Assembly: GCA_040754655.1 (NCBI GenBank)
Contig: JBFMCE010000023.1
Span: 1 to 42,768 of the forward strand
Length of the DNA: 42,768 nucleotides
From: Bdellovibrionota bacterium
Lineage (GTDB): Bacteria > Bdellovibrionota > UBA1018 > UBA923
Direction of reading: 5' to 3'
In this document: one piece after another, positions 22,297-32,978 of the stretch
Position numbering within the stretch: the stretch's first letter is position 1
Layout of the letters: each line of letters starts with the position of its first letter
Made by a program: the position numbers and the translations under genes
Notes under the pieces: generated by a model
Told to the model about the DNA's origin: nothing
Database searches by the model: none
What the model saw: only the letters and a program-made list of their open reading frames with translations

Positions 22297-24359
22297 GGGC
22301 CTGCTCCTTGTTGGTTCGCGTCTTGAAGTATACACAAGGGGAATCGCGAAAGCCGCTGAGCCGCGTTGTTCGAGTTGTTTGATCCTGAATACAGATTATA
22401 AACCTGAAATTGGTTGGTTGTGCCCGGTTTAATGCGCTGTGGAGTAAATTGCCGGGCACGCGCATTGTTTTGCGGGTCTTGCATCTGTTCAAGCGTCACG
22501 TCCGGAGGCGTCACCACGTAAACTATATCAAACTTTGAATCTTGATCGATGGTGCGAGGTGAATAAATAAAGGGATTCGGATTGGGAAGGCCAGGGTTCT
22601 TCAATCTTCCACTTGCGTCGGTATCTGCCTCAACGCACGCTCTTCGGCCGCCGTTGCCTAAGAGCCAAACGTCTTGTGCAAGACCGCCATCGTCTTGAGC
22701 GCGGTTCGAACCCACAAGCGAAGGATTGCACCACTGGCCGCCCGGTGTGAAGTTCGCGGGGCGGTTCGTGGTGTTTGTCGCATCTGTAATGCCCCAATCT
22801 TGACAACAATTGACGCCTGTAGTGGTGTCTCTGCAAGCAGTGCCAGTTGGAAAGTTTTGATAAAATCCACCAGCCTGACTTCCGTTGCCATCTCCGGCAG
22901 TTCCAAGTTCATCGCAGTTTCCAAAGCCTGGGTCAGAAAGCGTGGTTCCTAGCTGCGCGGACTGCTGAAAACCCAATGTAGGCCCACCAAAGGACCTGGG
23001 CTCCATACCGTCAGTGCTGCACACGCTGTTTCCACCGGCGGCGTTGAATGCGGCGCCAATACACTCTCTCTCTCGAATCGTGCAATGCAGTTGCCCGATG
23101 TCATTGGGGTTGGCCAAGTCTTCTACCGTCCGCTGATCATAACTTGTTCTGAACTGCCAAACCTTGGCCCACTTTTTTCCTGGCGGAAGGGTCACTACAC
23201 TTGGGCCGGGGCAGGCTTGGTTTTGATCCGGAACAGCGGCAAAGCCAATCACATCGCGTCCGACTGAAGCATTCCCGACCACCACAGGACCAAGCTCAGG
23301 ATGCACTTCGCAATCAAGCGTTTGAGAGGCATAGTTTGAAACCCGATGGATCAAGCACACCGACTCTCGAAAGATGCCGCTTCGAAAATTCGAAACATAA
23401 AAGTCATGGCGATTAGAGCGAAATTTTTCGCATTCAGGCTCGCTGCCGTTCACACAAGTCGTGGGCCTTGGGATGAGGTTGTCATCTGACGGAAAAATCG
23501 TATTGTCGCCCGAACTCACGCCAGCAATGTCAGGGGTGCGCAGGTCGATGGGCGCTAAACTATAGAGAGTCAGGTCATAAATAGCATTCGCGCTGCGGTC
23601 ATTTGGTGTGAGTGGGCACTCGTAGGGAAGGGCAGCACCCGGTGATGAGGCGTCTGGAATCGCGCCGTAGTCGCGGCCAAAGGATGTGGTGTAGAAATTA
23701 AAGGGAAGGCTCAAATCCCAGATCCTGGGATCGACCAAGGTTCCATTGCGATACTTCGAGGTGTTCTGCGCGCGATCCAAAAGGTCACGGCACTGGTAAC
23801 GTTGCACTTGGGTGTAATTGCTCGCAAGCGAGGCGTTGATCGACGGATTGGCTGCATTCAAGAATACGCGCTCGCTGTCTGAGGTTTGGCTCGCAGCTTT
23901 GACTGAGATGCGAACGTCGAAGTAAGCGGCGTCTGTGGCTACCTGAGTGAACAAGCAGCGGAGCATGTTGTTCTCGACGCGCGAGGGCGTTTGAAAAACT
24001 TCCCTGGGAATCCCGCTCGAAGGTTCGATGAAGTTAAAGACACAATCACAATCATTTACAGTCGAGCAGTAGTTTCCAATCTGGTCATCCGAGCTGATGA
24101 GCTCGATGTAGCTGTTCGGATCAAGGTTTGAACGCACCACGCGGTTGATCGTGATCACGGCTTCAGAGCCGCTCGAGGGGAGGGTGCCCCCCGCACTCCC
24201 CCCGAAGCTCTTCACAGCGGCGGTACCACCAGTAGCCGCCGCAGATTGCGAGCCTGAGTTCTTACAACCCGTGACTGCAATGGCGAGAACCCCAATCAAC
24301 GCCAAGACAAGGCTTTCCCCCACGGAAGACCGTGTCTGAAGCGCAAAAGTGGTTCTCAT
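22293..24359 (-). CDS. large Cys-rich lipoprotein A
   Basis: Start set to ATG 24359. Lipobox VTG-C, Gly/Ser linker, many Cys; shares motifs with the downstream gene. Confidence 0.8.
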   Translation of the reverse strand: MRTTFALQTRSSVGESLVLALIGVLAIAVTGCKNSGSQSAAATGGTAAVKSFGGSAGGTLPSSGSEAVITINRVVRSNLDPNSYIELISSDDQIGNYCSTVNDCDCVFNFIEPSSGIPREVFQTPSRVENNMLRCLFTQVATDAAYFDVRISVKAASQTSDSERVFLNAANPSINASLASNYTQVQRYQCRDLLDRAQNTSKYRNGTLVDPRIWDLSLPFNFYTTSFGRDYGAIPDASSPGAALPYECPLTPNDRSANAIYDLTLYSLAPIDLRTPDIAGVSSGDNTIFPSDDNLIPRPTTCVNGSEPECEKFRSNRHDFYVSNFRSGIFRESVCLIHRVSNYASQTLDCEVHPELGPVVVGNASVGRDVIGFAAVPDQNQACPGPSVVTLPPGKKWAKVWQFRTSYDQRTVEDLANPNDIGQLHCTIRERECIGAAFNAAGGNSVCSTDGMEPRSFGGPTLGFQQSAQLGTTLSDPGFGNCDELGTAGDGNGSQAGGFYQNFPTGTACRDTTTGVNCCQDWGITDATNTTNRPANFTPGGQWCNPSLVGSNRAQDDGGLAQDVWLLGNGGRRACVEADTDASGRLKNPGLPNPNPFIYSPRTIDQDSKFDIVYVVTPPDVTLEQMQDPQNNARARQFTPQRIKPGTTNQFQVYNLYSGSNNSNNAAQRLSRFPLCILQDANQQGAGP

Positions 24360-24735
24360 TCTTGAAAAGGTCCCCACCGTAAATATCCCCACAAGAGTTA
24401 GATCGTGCAAAATTCGAGCAAAGTTGAGTTAAATATTTCAATCAACTAATGAATTTCAATTTAGGCCCTGGGAAAAATACGCCGGTCAATTCAATGTGTT
24501 TATATAAGTGCTTGAAATGAATCATTTCCCGTTTTTTGGAGGTGTAGAAGTTTTATGCGGTCCATATGAATTGGCGGTACGAGGGCCGGTAAAACGTCGC
24601 GTAACTATTGATAGATTTACTCAAGTGATGATCTTCTTTACGCTTTCAGGGCTGTGAGCGTCGCGAATCTGGGAAATTCGTTTAACAGTACGAAATTTCT
24701 GGCTTTTTTTTCTAACCCCCTGCAGATTTAATAAT

Positions 24736-25956
24736 GTGCGCACATTAAAATACGGCTTAGAAAAACCCACGTTGATTTGGCTGGTAGTGGCGGTGTTGTA
24801 TTTTACCTTCTTTTGGACGCATTTCCGCCAAAGCCCCCTACAAGAACACGAACAAGCAAGCCTCGCGATTATTGAAAAGTTTGCTCACGATGCTTTTCCT
24901 CCAACTTTAGGGGTCTTGAAAACTACGCCAGATTGGGGCGGACACCTTGGCTGGTATGTCGTGATGGGGCAAGTATATGGGCTCTTTGGACAAGAGGTTC
25001 AAACCCTCAGGGTAGTGAATGTCGTGGTGATGCTGGCAGCTCTACTGGTTTTTGTCTATCTGGGCTACGCCGTGACCTACCGAAATCGCCTGAATCCCCT
25101 TTGGATCAGCCTTGCGCTTGTTCTTTTTGCGGCGAATCCTTACTCGTGGCTTTCTGCCTTTCGCGTCGATTATCTTCCGCTGCTTTGTTTGAGCCTGCTC
25201 TTGGCGCTTTACTGTTTTGAACGTGAACAGCTTGGCTTTTCGGCTTTGTTCAGTTCGTTTGCCGTACTGGTTGACTGGAGGGCGCTCGTGCTTCCGTTAG
25301 CCTTTTTGATCACAAGACTCACAGGCGAATCAAGCAAGCTCCTGCGGCCCGAGCGGATGATCGCTTTTATCCTGCCGTTTTTCGTGGGTGCGCTCCCACT
25401 GCTGGGGTGGAAGGGGATTGTTCCCGAAGGAGAGGCTAGGGCTAACTGGCAATTGCTTTTAGAGAATGCTTCTGTGTTTCGCATTGAAGAGCTTTCGTAT
25501 TTGATTCTGCTGCTGCCGCTTTACTCGCTGTATTTTTCATGGGCTTGGGCGTTTAACGCGCGATCTCGCTCTTTGGTTCTGGGCGCGATTTGGTCGGCTG
25601 TCCTGATCCCAGCGTTTTTCTTTTTTCCCATGCGATTTGATCTCTGGAACGAAATCAAATTTGGGCTCCAGGTTCCGCGCGGCTACATCGATCTTGGCGC
25701 ATTGATGGTTGCCGGCCAATACAAGAATCTCGTGCTTTTTGTACCATGGCTAGCCGGGGTTTTCTTGGTGTTTCAACTGATCTTCATGGATGCCCTAGAA
25801 CAGTCTAGAAGCCTGCGTTACTTCATCTTGATCTCTCTGCTCATTCAACCTTTCGTGGTGGGAGTTGCCGACCGCGATTTTTTGATTATCCTGCCTTTCG
25901 TCTTGCTTTTGAGTTTGTCTGAGGCTTTAGTAGGCGAAGAAGGAAAACTCGCATGA
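24736..25956 (+). CDS. polytopic membrane protein, possible GT-C (ArnT/PMT-like) glycosyltransferase
   Basis: About 10 or more hydrophobic segments; first loop has acidic EHE, then G...LR and ANPY patterns reminiscent of GT-C. Function is inference. Confidence 0.55.
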   Translation: MRTLKYGLEKPTLIWLVVAVLYFTFFWTHFRQSPLQEHEQASLAIIEKFAHDAFPPTLGVLKTTPDWGGHLGWYVVMGQVYGLFGQEVQTLRVVNVVVMLAALLVFVYLGYAVTYRNRLNPLWISLALVLFAANPYSWLSAFRVDYLPLLCLSLLLALYCFEREQLGFSALFSSFAVLVDWRALVLPLAFLITRLTGESSKLLRPERMIAFILPFFVGALPLLGWKGIVPEGEARANWQLLLENASVFRIEELSYLILLLPLYSLYFSWAWAFNARSRSLVLGAIWSAVLIPAFFFFPMRFDLWNEIKFGLQVPRGYIDLGALMVAGQYKNLVLFVPWLAGVFLVFQLIFMDALEQSRSLRYFILISLLIQPFVVGVADRDFLIILPFVLLLSLSEALVGEEGKLA

Positions 25957-27098
25957 TCAACTTTGAATTGTCGGATGAGAGAAAAGAACTGCAACGTCTA
26001 GCGCGTGAATTCGCAGCCAAGGAGATTATTCCGAAAGCGGCTCATCATGACGAGACGGGCGAGTTTCCTCACGAAATTTTCAAAAAGGCCTGGGAACTGG
26101 GGCTTGCGAATTCTCATGTGCCTGAAGACTGCGGAGGATTGGGTTTAGGCGTGCTCGACGGTTGCATCATCACCGAAGAGATGGCCTATGGTTGCACAGG
26201 CATCGCAACGGCGATGGAGGCCAATTCGCTGGCGGCGGCTCCGATGATCGTCGCGGGTAGCGAGGCTCAAAAAAAGAAATACCTGGGCATGCTTACTGCT
26301 GAGCCCCTGTATGCGGCTTATTGCGTGACCGAACCCGGCGCGGGCTCTGACGTTGCTGGTATACGCACGGTCGCGAAAAAAGTAGGCAATGAGTATGTGA
26401 TCAATGGTTCGAAGATGTGGATCACGAATGGTTCGGTTGCAAGCTGGTTCTTTGTTTTGGCGTACACCGATCCCGCGGCAAAACACCGAGGCATGAGCGG
26501 TTTCATCGTAGATGCAAAATCAGCGGGCGTTACGGTTGGAAAAAAAGAATGGAACATGGGTCAACGCGCAAGCGACACCCGTGGGATTACTTTTGAAGAT
26601 GTGAAGGTTCCGGCTGAAAACCTTCTTGGAAAAGAAGGCGACGGGTTCAAGATCGCGATGAGCGCGTTTGATCACACCCGTCCGACCGTGGCCTCCGGTG
26701 CCGTAGGTCTCGCGAGACGGGCGATGGATGAATCGATTCAGTATGCGCAGACGAGAAAAACGTTTGGCCAGCCCATCGCTGTTCACCAAGGGGTGAGCTT
26801 CATGATCGCCGATATGGCGAAAGACATCGAGGCTGCAAGGCTGCTTGTTCACCGTGCGGCTTGGGAGATCGATCAAGGTCGTCGCAATACGCGTTTTGCG
26901 GCGATGGCAAAAGCGTTCGCCGCAGACATGGCGATGCGCGTGGCAACGGATGCGGTTCAGGTTCACGGTGGCTACGGTTATTCGACCGAGTATCCCGTTG
27001 AAAAACTCATGCGTGATGCGAAGATCTACCAGATCTACGAAGGCACATCCCAGATTCAGCGATTGATCATCGCTAAAGAAATTTTTGAGCGCGGTTAA
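25953..27098 (+). CDS. acyl-CoA dehydrogenase (MCAD-like)
   Basis: [58 protein letters not shown]. Confidence 0.97.
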   Translation: MINFELSDERKELQRLAREFAAKEIIPKAAHHDETGEFPHEIFKKAWELGLANSHVPEDCGGLGLGVLDGCIITEEMAYGCTGIATAMEANSLAAAPMIVAGSEAQKKKYLGMLTAEPLYAAYCVTEPGAGSDVAGIRTVAKKVGNEYVINGSKMWITNGSVASWFFVLAYTDPAAKHRGMSGFIVDAKSAGVTVGKKEWNMGQRASDTRGITFEDVKVPAENLLGKEGDGFKIAMSAFDHTRPTVASGAVGLARRAMDESIQYAQTRKTFGQPIAVHQGVSFMIADMAKDIEAARLLVHRAAWEIDQGRRNTRFAAMAKAFAADMAMRVATDAVQVHGGYGYSTEYPVEKLMRDAKIYQIYEGTSQIQRLIIAKEIFERG

Positions 27099-27127
27099 GA
27101 ATTTCGGTATCAGCACTTAAGTTCAGC

Positions 27128-28741
27128 CTATTCCAATTCAGAGGCGATGAACCAGCGCGTAGCTCCTTCAACGCAGAGTTCAGGCCAGACGCGGCCCAAC
27201 TGCGGAAGGGCGGCCGGGAAATGTTCAATGACAGCCACGACTTCCTCTGAATGCAAGCCTCTCTTGTAAAGGTCGCGCAAGAGATCTCCGGTTGAAAGCC
27301 ACGGAAGATCTTCTCCCTCCATATTCACCCGAGGTTCAAGGATCAAAAGAAAATCTTCCACGAGCCGAACTTTACTTGCCAGCGTATCAGCGCCAAGTTT
27401 TTGAAACGCAGCTCGAAGGCCCGCCATTGCGCGTGCGCGCACGGGTGACGGGACAAGAGGGGCGTTTGATTGGGCTTCATAAAACCATCGGCCGAAGTCA
27501 GGCGCAGAAGTCGTGAAGGCGCCGTTGGGATTTGTGTTTCTTTCGCCGGAGAGCGGTTCAGAGATCAGCCTTCTTGCCGCTAAAACACGGCCCGCAGAGA
27601 GAGCTTCCGGCAGGCTTCCATCGTTTCCTATAAGCCACGCGCCTTCTACAAAACGGGCTGACGCAAAATCGACATCGCGAAGCCTTGCCCTAGCGATCAG
27701 CTCATCGTTTTGGCAGGGCATGAGAGGCGCTGGAATTCTCATCCATTTTGATGCTGATTTGAGCGCGGGATTCAAGCGCACGCTCTTAGGTTGGGCTGTT
27801 TGAATGGGTCCCACCTCGCGTGCAAGCCAAAGCACGGGGTTGACTGCGAGCTCACCTATGTCATCGATCACCGCGAGCTGTTCCCATGCATCAAGAAAAC
27901 GGAATCGCCCCAAAAGTTCTGCGGTTACTTTCGCCCGTTCGGCGAAATGCAAAAAACCCCGTGGTTGAGAATGCCAAGCATGGCCTAATCCTAAGAGTGA
28001 TAGACCATTTTCTGAGCAGAGATCTCTTAAAGACAACAAAGGAAGAGGACGGTCATGGGCATGAAAGAAACCATCGATCACGCCCGAACGTGTTTGCGCG
28101 TCGCTATAAGTTTCGTAGGCCGTTCGTAAAGGGTGTTTGCGATCAAGCCAGGCGATCAAACGTTCGCACTGTTTGCGTGCGCCACGCGACGGTTTGAGGC
28201 CTGAGGCTTTAAAGAAGCTCTGAAGTTCGTATATCCATAGCCTGCTCTGAAACGCATAGCTCATCAGTCGAAGCACCCCGTGAGGTTTGAGCAGATCCTT
28301 CAGACGAGAGAGAAAAAGATCCTGATTTGCAGAATGGTGAATGACTCCTGTGCAGAGGATGTAGTCGAACTGGCCCAGAAGACCAGCGAGATCGTCATGC
28401 AAGTCCGCTTGCACTGTGCTGATTTTTGAGGACACTCTGGCCAGGCGGGCTCGCCTGCGAAGAAGACGCAGGCTTTTTTCACTCAAGTCCACGGCTGTGA
28501 TTTGCGCTTTAGGATGCACTCTGGCGGCGACTAAGGGTTCAAACGCTCCCGAGCCTGCGACCAAGATGCGAGTCTCAGCCGTGTGCTCGAGATACCGGCC
28601 TGTCCTTAGGTATTGACCCCATTCATAAGCCATCGAATGAGCATGGGGAACTGCCGGCAGAGCCAACCACGGAATTTGAGGGTAGGGGAAGTTCTCGTAC
28701 TGAATCGCCACTCTGCGCACGACGTCGTTGAGTATACGCAT
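27128..28741 (-). CDS. class I SAM-dependent methyltransferase with C-terminal extension
   Basis: QYENFPYP, ILVAGSG, AVDLS, FDYILCTGVIHH and LKPHG. Start set to ATG 28741, which removes the overlap with the upstream gene. Confidence 0.85.
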   Translation of the reverse strand: MRILNDVVRRVAIQYENFPYPQIPWLALPAVPHAHSMAYEWGQYLRTGRYLEHTAETRILVAGSGAFEPLVAARVHPKAQITAVDLSEKSLRLLRRRARLARVSSKISTVQADLHDDLAGLLGQFDYILCTGVIHHSANQDLFLSRLKDLLKPHGVLRLMSYAFQSRLWIYELQSFFKASGLKPSRGARKQCERLIAWLDRKHPLRTAYETYSDAQTRSGVIDGFFHAHDRPLPLLSLRDLCSENGLSLLGLGHAWHSQPRGFLHFAERAKVTAELLGRFRFLDAWEQLAVIDDIGELAVNPVLWLAREVGPIQTAQPKSVRLNPALKSASKWMRIPAPLMPCQNDELIARARLRDVDFASARFVEGAWLIGNDGSLPEALSAGRVLAARRLISEPLSGERNTNPNGAFTTSAPDFGRWFYEAQSNAPLVPSPVRARAMAGLRAAFQKLGADTLASKVRLVEDFLLILEPRVNMEGEDLPWLSTGDLLRDLYKRGLHSEEVVAVIEHFPAALPQLGRVWPELCVEGATRWFIASELE

Positions 28742-28748
28742 CTCATCT

Positions 28749-30296
28749 TTAGTCTGCCTCAGTTTCCTCCAAACTTCGAGCGTAGTTTTTATAGAGGTCC
28801 TCGAGATCCCGGCGGGCTTCAGACGCCCATCGTTCCAATCGATAAAGTTTATAGCAGCGAAGACGATCCTCTTCCGCGAGTTTTTGGACAGCTGTCTTTG
28901 AATAAGACCCGAAAACAGGATCAAGGCTCGGACATCTCGCCTCTAGGCCTTTGTGCGAGCCTTTGAATGCGCGAAGCTCTTTCTCAAGTCCTTTGAGGTA
29001 TGCTTCATAGGTCAAAGTGCGGTCATGAAGAGATCGTTGTTCTTCTTTTTCCGAATTCAAAAACGCATCCGACGAGCCCGCCAGAAAAATGCCCGACTGC
29101 AGGTCGAGTTGCTCATTTGAAGGGTTGTGAAAAAGCGACGCCTGGGCAAGGGCCGTGATGTCGTACTCCGAGTGCTCGACTCCTATGCTGGTTTGGCCGC
29201 CAAAGTAAGTTTTGAAGTCGGTGACTCCGTTGGCTTGGATCACGCTCGTGATGTTTTTTAACCCTAACGGAGCTGTTTTTTGAGCAAGAACTCCGGCGCT
29301 TGCTTGTACAGGGCTTCGCCGTTCTTCGTCGGCGTAACCAAAGAGAGCTCTTACCGCGGCTGCGCCAGAGATTTCCCAGCTGCCGGGCTTGATCAAGTGG
29401 CGCAACCAGTGCTCACGTGCCGTGAACTCGACCGCGGCGGCTTCTTCCAATCCAAGCGGGTTGACGTGATAATAGGTTCCCAGTTCCACGTCAACTTCTG
29501 GCGTGGCCAACTGCAGACCCGCTCTGAGTTTCGGGCGAAGTTCAAAGCCCAGCTCCTTAGCCGAGACATACCAGCCTAGTCTCCAGAGTTTCTCATCTCC
29601 GGCATGGGGAAACCATCCCGCTGCGCCAACGGAACCGTTCTCGGATGAGGCTTGAATAAGCACCAAGGCTAGGCCCAGCCAGATGTCATTGTTAACGATG
29701 ACTTCTTTCCAATGGTCCCACTCCTCCCAGTTTTTTGGAAAGAAGGACTCACCCTGTTTTGCGAGCAAGTACACGCCGAGATCGGCGATTTCACTGGCGC
29801 GAAAGTGTCGCAAAAGTGAGTCGCTGATGGTGTTCACGAGTTCTTGGCTTTCTCGGCGAGGCAGAGAAACCAAACGAGGAATTGAGCCTGATTCAAGCGA
29901 AGACTGCCTTTGGACATGCAACGACGAAAATCGCAGCTTCGGCAGCGATTTCAAGAGCGCGCCATAGATTTCTAGTTTCAGGCGCAGCGGTGAGGCGTCT
30001 AGTTTCGCCTGGGTAGAGGGGTGAAGGAACCAAGGGCTTCCCACCCATGCATCGATGTCTTTCTTAGAAACAAACCAAGGCCGATCCGAGAGATAAAGCA
30101 CGATGGGTTCGCGCAGGTCGCCAAATTGAACGTTCTCTTCTTGCGAGCTCTGAGCAGCATCCTCAAGAAATACCGCTTCAAGACCTGGCGGCTCTTCAAC
30201 TTCCGCGGCGTCCTCTTGAGCATGAAGTGAGCAGAGTGGCGAGAAACCTACCGCCATCAGCGCAATGAAAAAGAAAAAAGTTTTTTTTGCTCCCAC
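28749..30296 (-). CDS. secreted or outer-membrane hypothetical protein
   Basis: Signal peptide (LHA-Q); central alternating beta-strand-like segments; helical C-terminus. Confidence 0.7.
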   Translation of the reverse strand: MGAKKTFFFFIALMAVGFSPLCSLHAQEDAAEVEEPPGLEAVFLEDAAQSSQEENVQFGDLREPIVLYLSDRPWFVSKKDIDAWVGSPWFLHPSTQAKLDASPLRLKLEIYGALLKSLPKLRFSSLHVQRQSSLESGSIPRLVSLPRRESQELVNTISDSLLRHFRASEIADLGVYLLAKQGESFFPKNWEEWDHWKEVIVNNDIWLGLALVLIQASSENGSVGAAGWFPHAGDEKLWRLGWYVSAKELGFELRPKLRAGLQLATPEVDVELGTYYHVNPLGLEEAAAVEFTAREHWLRHLIKPGSWEISGAAAVRALFGYADEERRSPVQASAGVLAQKTAPLGLKNITSVIQANGVTDFKTYFGGQTSIGVEHSEYDITALAQASLFHNPSNEQLDLQSGIFLAGSSDAFLNSEKEEQRSLHDRTLTYEAYLKGLEKELRAFKGSHKGLEARCPSLDPVFGSYSKTAVQKLAEEDRLRCYKLYRLERWASEARRDLEDLYKNYARSLEETEAD

Positions 30297-30401
30297 TCAA
30301 AAAACCCCATGATTCTACTGCCGTTTCGTGTTTTGACGCCTAACACAATTTCTGCGGATTACTCAATTGCCGATCCTGGATTTCTCTCTTACGGTTGGTT
30401 C

Positions 30402-31448
30402 GTGAAAACGTCGATTCTCGGAATAGGCACGGCCCTGCCTCCCTACGCTTATACTCAAGACGAAGTGTTTGCGTTGGCGGGTTACCGCCAAGAATCCATA
30501 CGCCGCTTGTTGCGGGCAACGGCGATCGAAAGACGCTTTTTGGCGTTTGAAAAAAACCATCTTCCTCAGGAAGAGAGTGACTGGTTTCATCAGCATTATG
30601 CGAAGTGGTCTGTGAAATTAGGGGTCGAGGCGGGCTTCAAAGCGCTTGAGCGATCAAGCCTGCGAGCCTCCGAGGTCGACTATTTGATCGCCACAAGTTG
30701 TACCGGCTATCTTTGCCCGGGATTGAACCTGCGCCTTGCTCGAGAGCTTGGACTTGGCCCGCGCGTAAAGACGGCGAATCTCGTCGGCATGGGTTGCAGT
30801 GCGATGATCCCGGCGCTTGAGCGCGCGGACGAATTCTCTCATCGTCACGTCGGGAAGAATGTTCTCGTGGTGGCAAGTGAGATTTGTTCCGCTTCTTATT
30901 GGCTGGACGAGCAAGACCTTGAAAGTGTAGTTGGAAACGCCTTGTTCTCGGATGGCGCATCTGCTGCCGTTCTGCGCGCTGAAGACGAGCGCGCGAATAG
31001 AGGAAAAAGAAAAACCTTTCTTGAGGCGTTTGTTACGAGCTCCAACCGAGAGCTTCTCGGAGCGATGGGGTTTTCTCAAAAACAGGGCAGGCTCAAGGTC
31101 CGCCTTGATTCAGGCGTGCCCTCGGCTGTGCTTGATTTGGCTGACGACGTGGCGACGGAACTTTCAAAGCTTGCGGGCCTTCATCCGAGCGAGCTTAAGC
31201 ATTGGATCCTGCATCCGGGAGGCCGCAAAATCCTTGAGCAGGCTGAGTCGCGTTGGGGATTTCAGAAAGAACTGGAATCGAGTTGGCGCGTGATGCGCAA
31301 GTTTGGAAACATGTCGTCGGCGACAATCCTTTTTGTTTTGGAGGATTATTTGACGGGCGGTCAAACGCCGCGATCACAAGAATATGGGTTGATGATCGCC
31401 ATGGGGCCTGGTTTGAGCGCTGAAGGGGTATTGCTGCGCTGGAGCTGA
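30402..31448 (+). CDS. type III polyketide synthase (chalcone synthase-like)
   Basis: Catalytic triad in GMGC, HPGG and GNMSS; ALFSDGA and GPG. Start set to GTG 30402, preceded by TTGCCG-17-TACGGT. Confidence 0.95.
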   Translation: MKTSILGIGTALPPYAYTQDEVFALAGYRQESIRRLLRATAIERRFLAFEKNHLPQEESDWFHQHYAKWSVKLGVEAGFKALERSSLRASEVDYLIATSCTGYLCPGLNLRLARELGLGPRVKTANLVGMGCSAMIPALERADEFSHRHVGKNVLVVASEICSASYWLDEQDLESVVGNALFSDGASAAVLRAEDERANRGKRKTFLEAFVTSSNRELLGAMGFSQKQGRLKVRLDSGVPSAVLDLADDVATELSKLAGLHPSELKHWILHPGGRKILEQAESRWGFQKELESSWRVMRKFGNMSSATILFVLEDYLTGGQTPRSQEYGLMIAMGPGLSAEGVLLRWS

Positions 31449-31470
31449 CGAATACGCAGGCTCCAGCGCA
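31435..31470. terminator. GC-rich hairpin between convergent genes
   Basis: 11-bp perfect inverted repeat TGCGCTGGAGC/GCTCCAGCGCA overlapping the PKS stop; no clear U-tract. Confidence 0.45.
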
Positions 31471-31490
31471 GGCAAGGATTCATGTGAGAG

Positions 31491-32852
31491 TTATTTCGAA
31501 GGATTCGGAGTCAGATAGAGTTCATCTCGGAAAGCCGAGAAATCTGAAATCTGAACATCACCCAATTTTCGATCGATCAACGCGCTAGCCTTATTGCTGT
31601 CGCTCAGGTGAGGGCCGAAGTTGAGGTTCACCGCTTGGGCCACTTCAGCATCGCACTGAGGATTGAGTACGGCGTGCTTGTCTTCTCGGTTCACGCAAGT
31701 CTCCCAAGCCTTATGCTGGGCTTGGCAGGCAGCGCCTATGTCGCCTTTTGGATCGAGAATCAGACGATCAAGGCCCTTGTGGTCTTTGTTCTTGACGACC
31801 ACGACGTTTGCAGACTCCACTGCCAAAAACGCACGGGTAGGGATGCCATCAGTGAGATCGACCCTGAGTTGATACGTACGGTCGATTCCGCAAAAGTCTT
31901 GAGCAGGTGTTTTTCCTGCTGCGGCCTCAGTGGAGTCGATCACATTATTGAATGCTTGCACCAACCCATTGGTTTTGAGGCGTTGGCCTTCATATCGAGT
32001 TTCAGCGCCAATGCTTTTTCCAGAATCTACGGCCTCAACCTTCTTATAAGGTTTTTCGCCAGACATCGCTTGTGTTGCGATCAAAACTTCCATTTTGTCG
32101 TTGAGCGCTTGCCTTGCCCAGAGCGGAAGCCCCAAGCCAGCACCAGCCTTTGTATTGATTTTGGTAAACGTGGCGGTAGACTCGCCTTTTGCTGAAGCCG
32201 TTGCGCTGATGTTCAAACCCACCCAGCGCAGCTCGACAAGCTCAGGATTCTCTTTTGATCTTTGAACTGTGATCTTGATGCGCGAGAGCATGTCGGGGTT
32301 TACACCAAGTTGAAAAGAGCCGATTGAGGTCAGTGCAGGTTCGCCTCTGAGCTTCCTAAAAACTTCGCGGTTGCTTACATTGCCTGCCAAAACATAGTCT
32401 GCTTTCAGAAGGTCTGGGTTGTGGGCTGCTGTGGGGACGGGGTTGATCACCTTAGGCGCAGGAACCGTCGTGATCAAGGATTTGGGTTCGACCTTGATTC
32501 CCGGAGCAGGATCGTTCTCGCTCACCGCTCCACCTCGGCCAAAGGGCGCTGAGTTTTCGTTGCGAACCAAGTCGGGAAGCTTAGGAGCAAGCGCGCTGTC
32601 TCTTTCGCCTTCTTGCCGTGCCTGTGTTGAGTTCTTTTCGGCTTTTGCCAGGTCACCTTTTGAAGCATCTGAAACAGTGACTTGGGTCTCTGCAGGTTGT
32701 TCAATCGTTGCCGGAGCAGGTTGAGGGTTTTCTCCGCCGCCTCCGCCACCAGCGCCGCGTTTGTCGTCCTTTTTACTGCAGGCCATTGAGAGGGCCGCGA
32801 TCAGCACAATCAAGCTGTGTTTAACGGTTGCGGAAGCTAAAAAATTACTCAT
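31491..32852 (-). CDS. hypothetical lipoprotein
   Basis: AGAGGTG SD 6 nt before ATG 32852; lipobox SMA-C followed by Lys/Asp and a poly-Gly linker. Confidence 0.8.
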   Translation of the reverse strand: MSNFLASATVKHSLIVLIAALSMACSKKDDKRGAGGGGGGENPQPAPATIEQPAETQVTVSDASKGDLAKAEKNSTQARQEGERDSALAPKLPDLVRNENSAPFGRGGAVSENDPAPGIKVEPKSLITTVPAPKVINPVPTAAHNPDLLKADYVLAGNVSNREVFRKLRGEPALTSIGSFQLGVNPDMLSRIKITVQRSKENPELVELRWVGLNISATASAKGESTATFTKINTKAGAGLGLPLWARQALNDKMEVLIATQAMSGEKPYKKVEAVDSGKSIGAETRYEGQRLKTNGLVQAFNNVIDSTEAAAGKTPAQDFCGIDRTYQLRVDLTDGIPTRAFLAVESANVVVVKNKDHKGLDRLILDPKGDIGAACQAQHKAWETCVNREDKHAVLNPQCDAEVAQAVNLNFGPHLSDSNKASALIDRKLGDVQISDFSAFRDELYLTPNPSK

Positions 32853-32916
32853 AAAATTCACCTCTTAGGCCAGTATGGTGCCGCGCACTATACCTATAAT
32901 TTTAACCACGCGCAGC

Positions 32917-32945
32917 AATATAAATTACGTAAGTAATTTAGTCAA
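32917..32945 (-). promoter_or_regulatory. sigma70 promoter with operator-like palindrome
   Basis: TTGACT-17 bp-TATATT; perfect 8-bp inverted repeat TAAATTAC-N4-GTAATTTA (32921-32940) across the spacer. Confidence 0.65.
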
Positions 32946-32978
32946 GTAATTGTTTGGCGTGTGTAATTGTTTCGCATC

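Noticed and set aside
24406..24421. sigma54-like TTGCTCGAATTTTGCA upstream of lipoprotein A
   Set aside because: Spacing is correct but it has TG instead of the near-invariant GG, so it is too weak to call.
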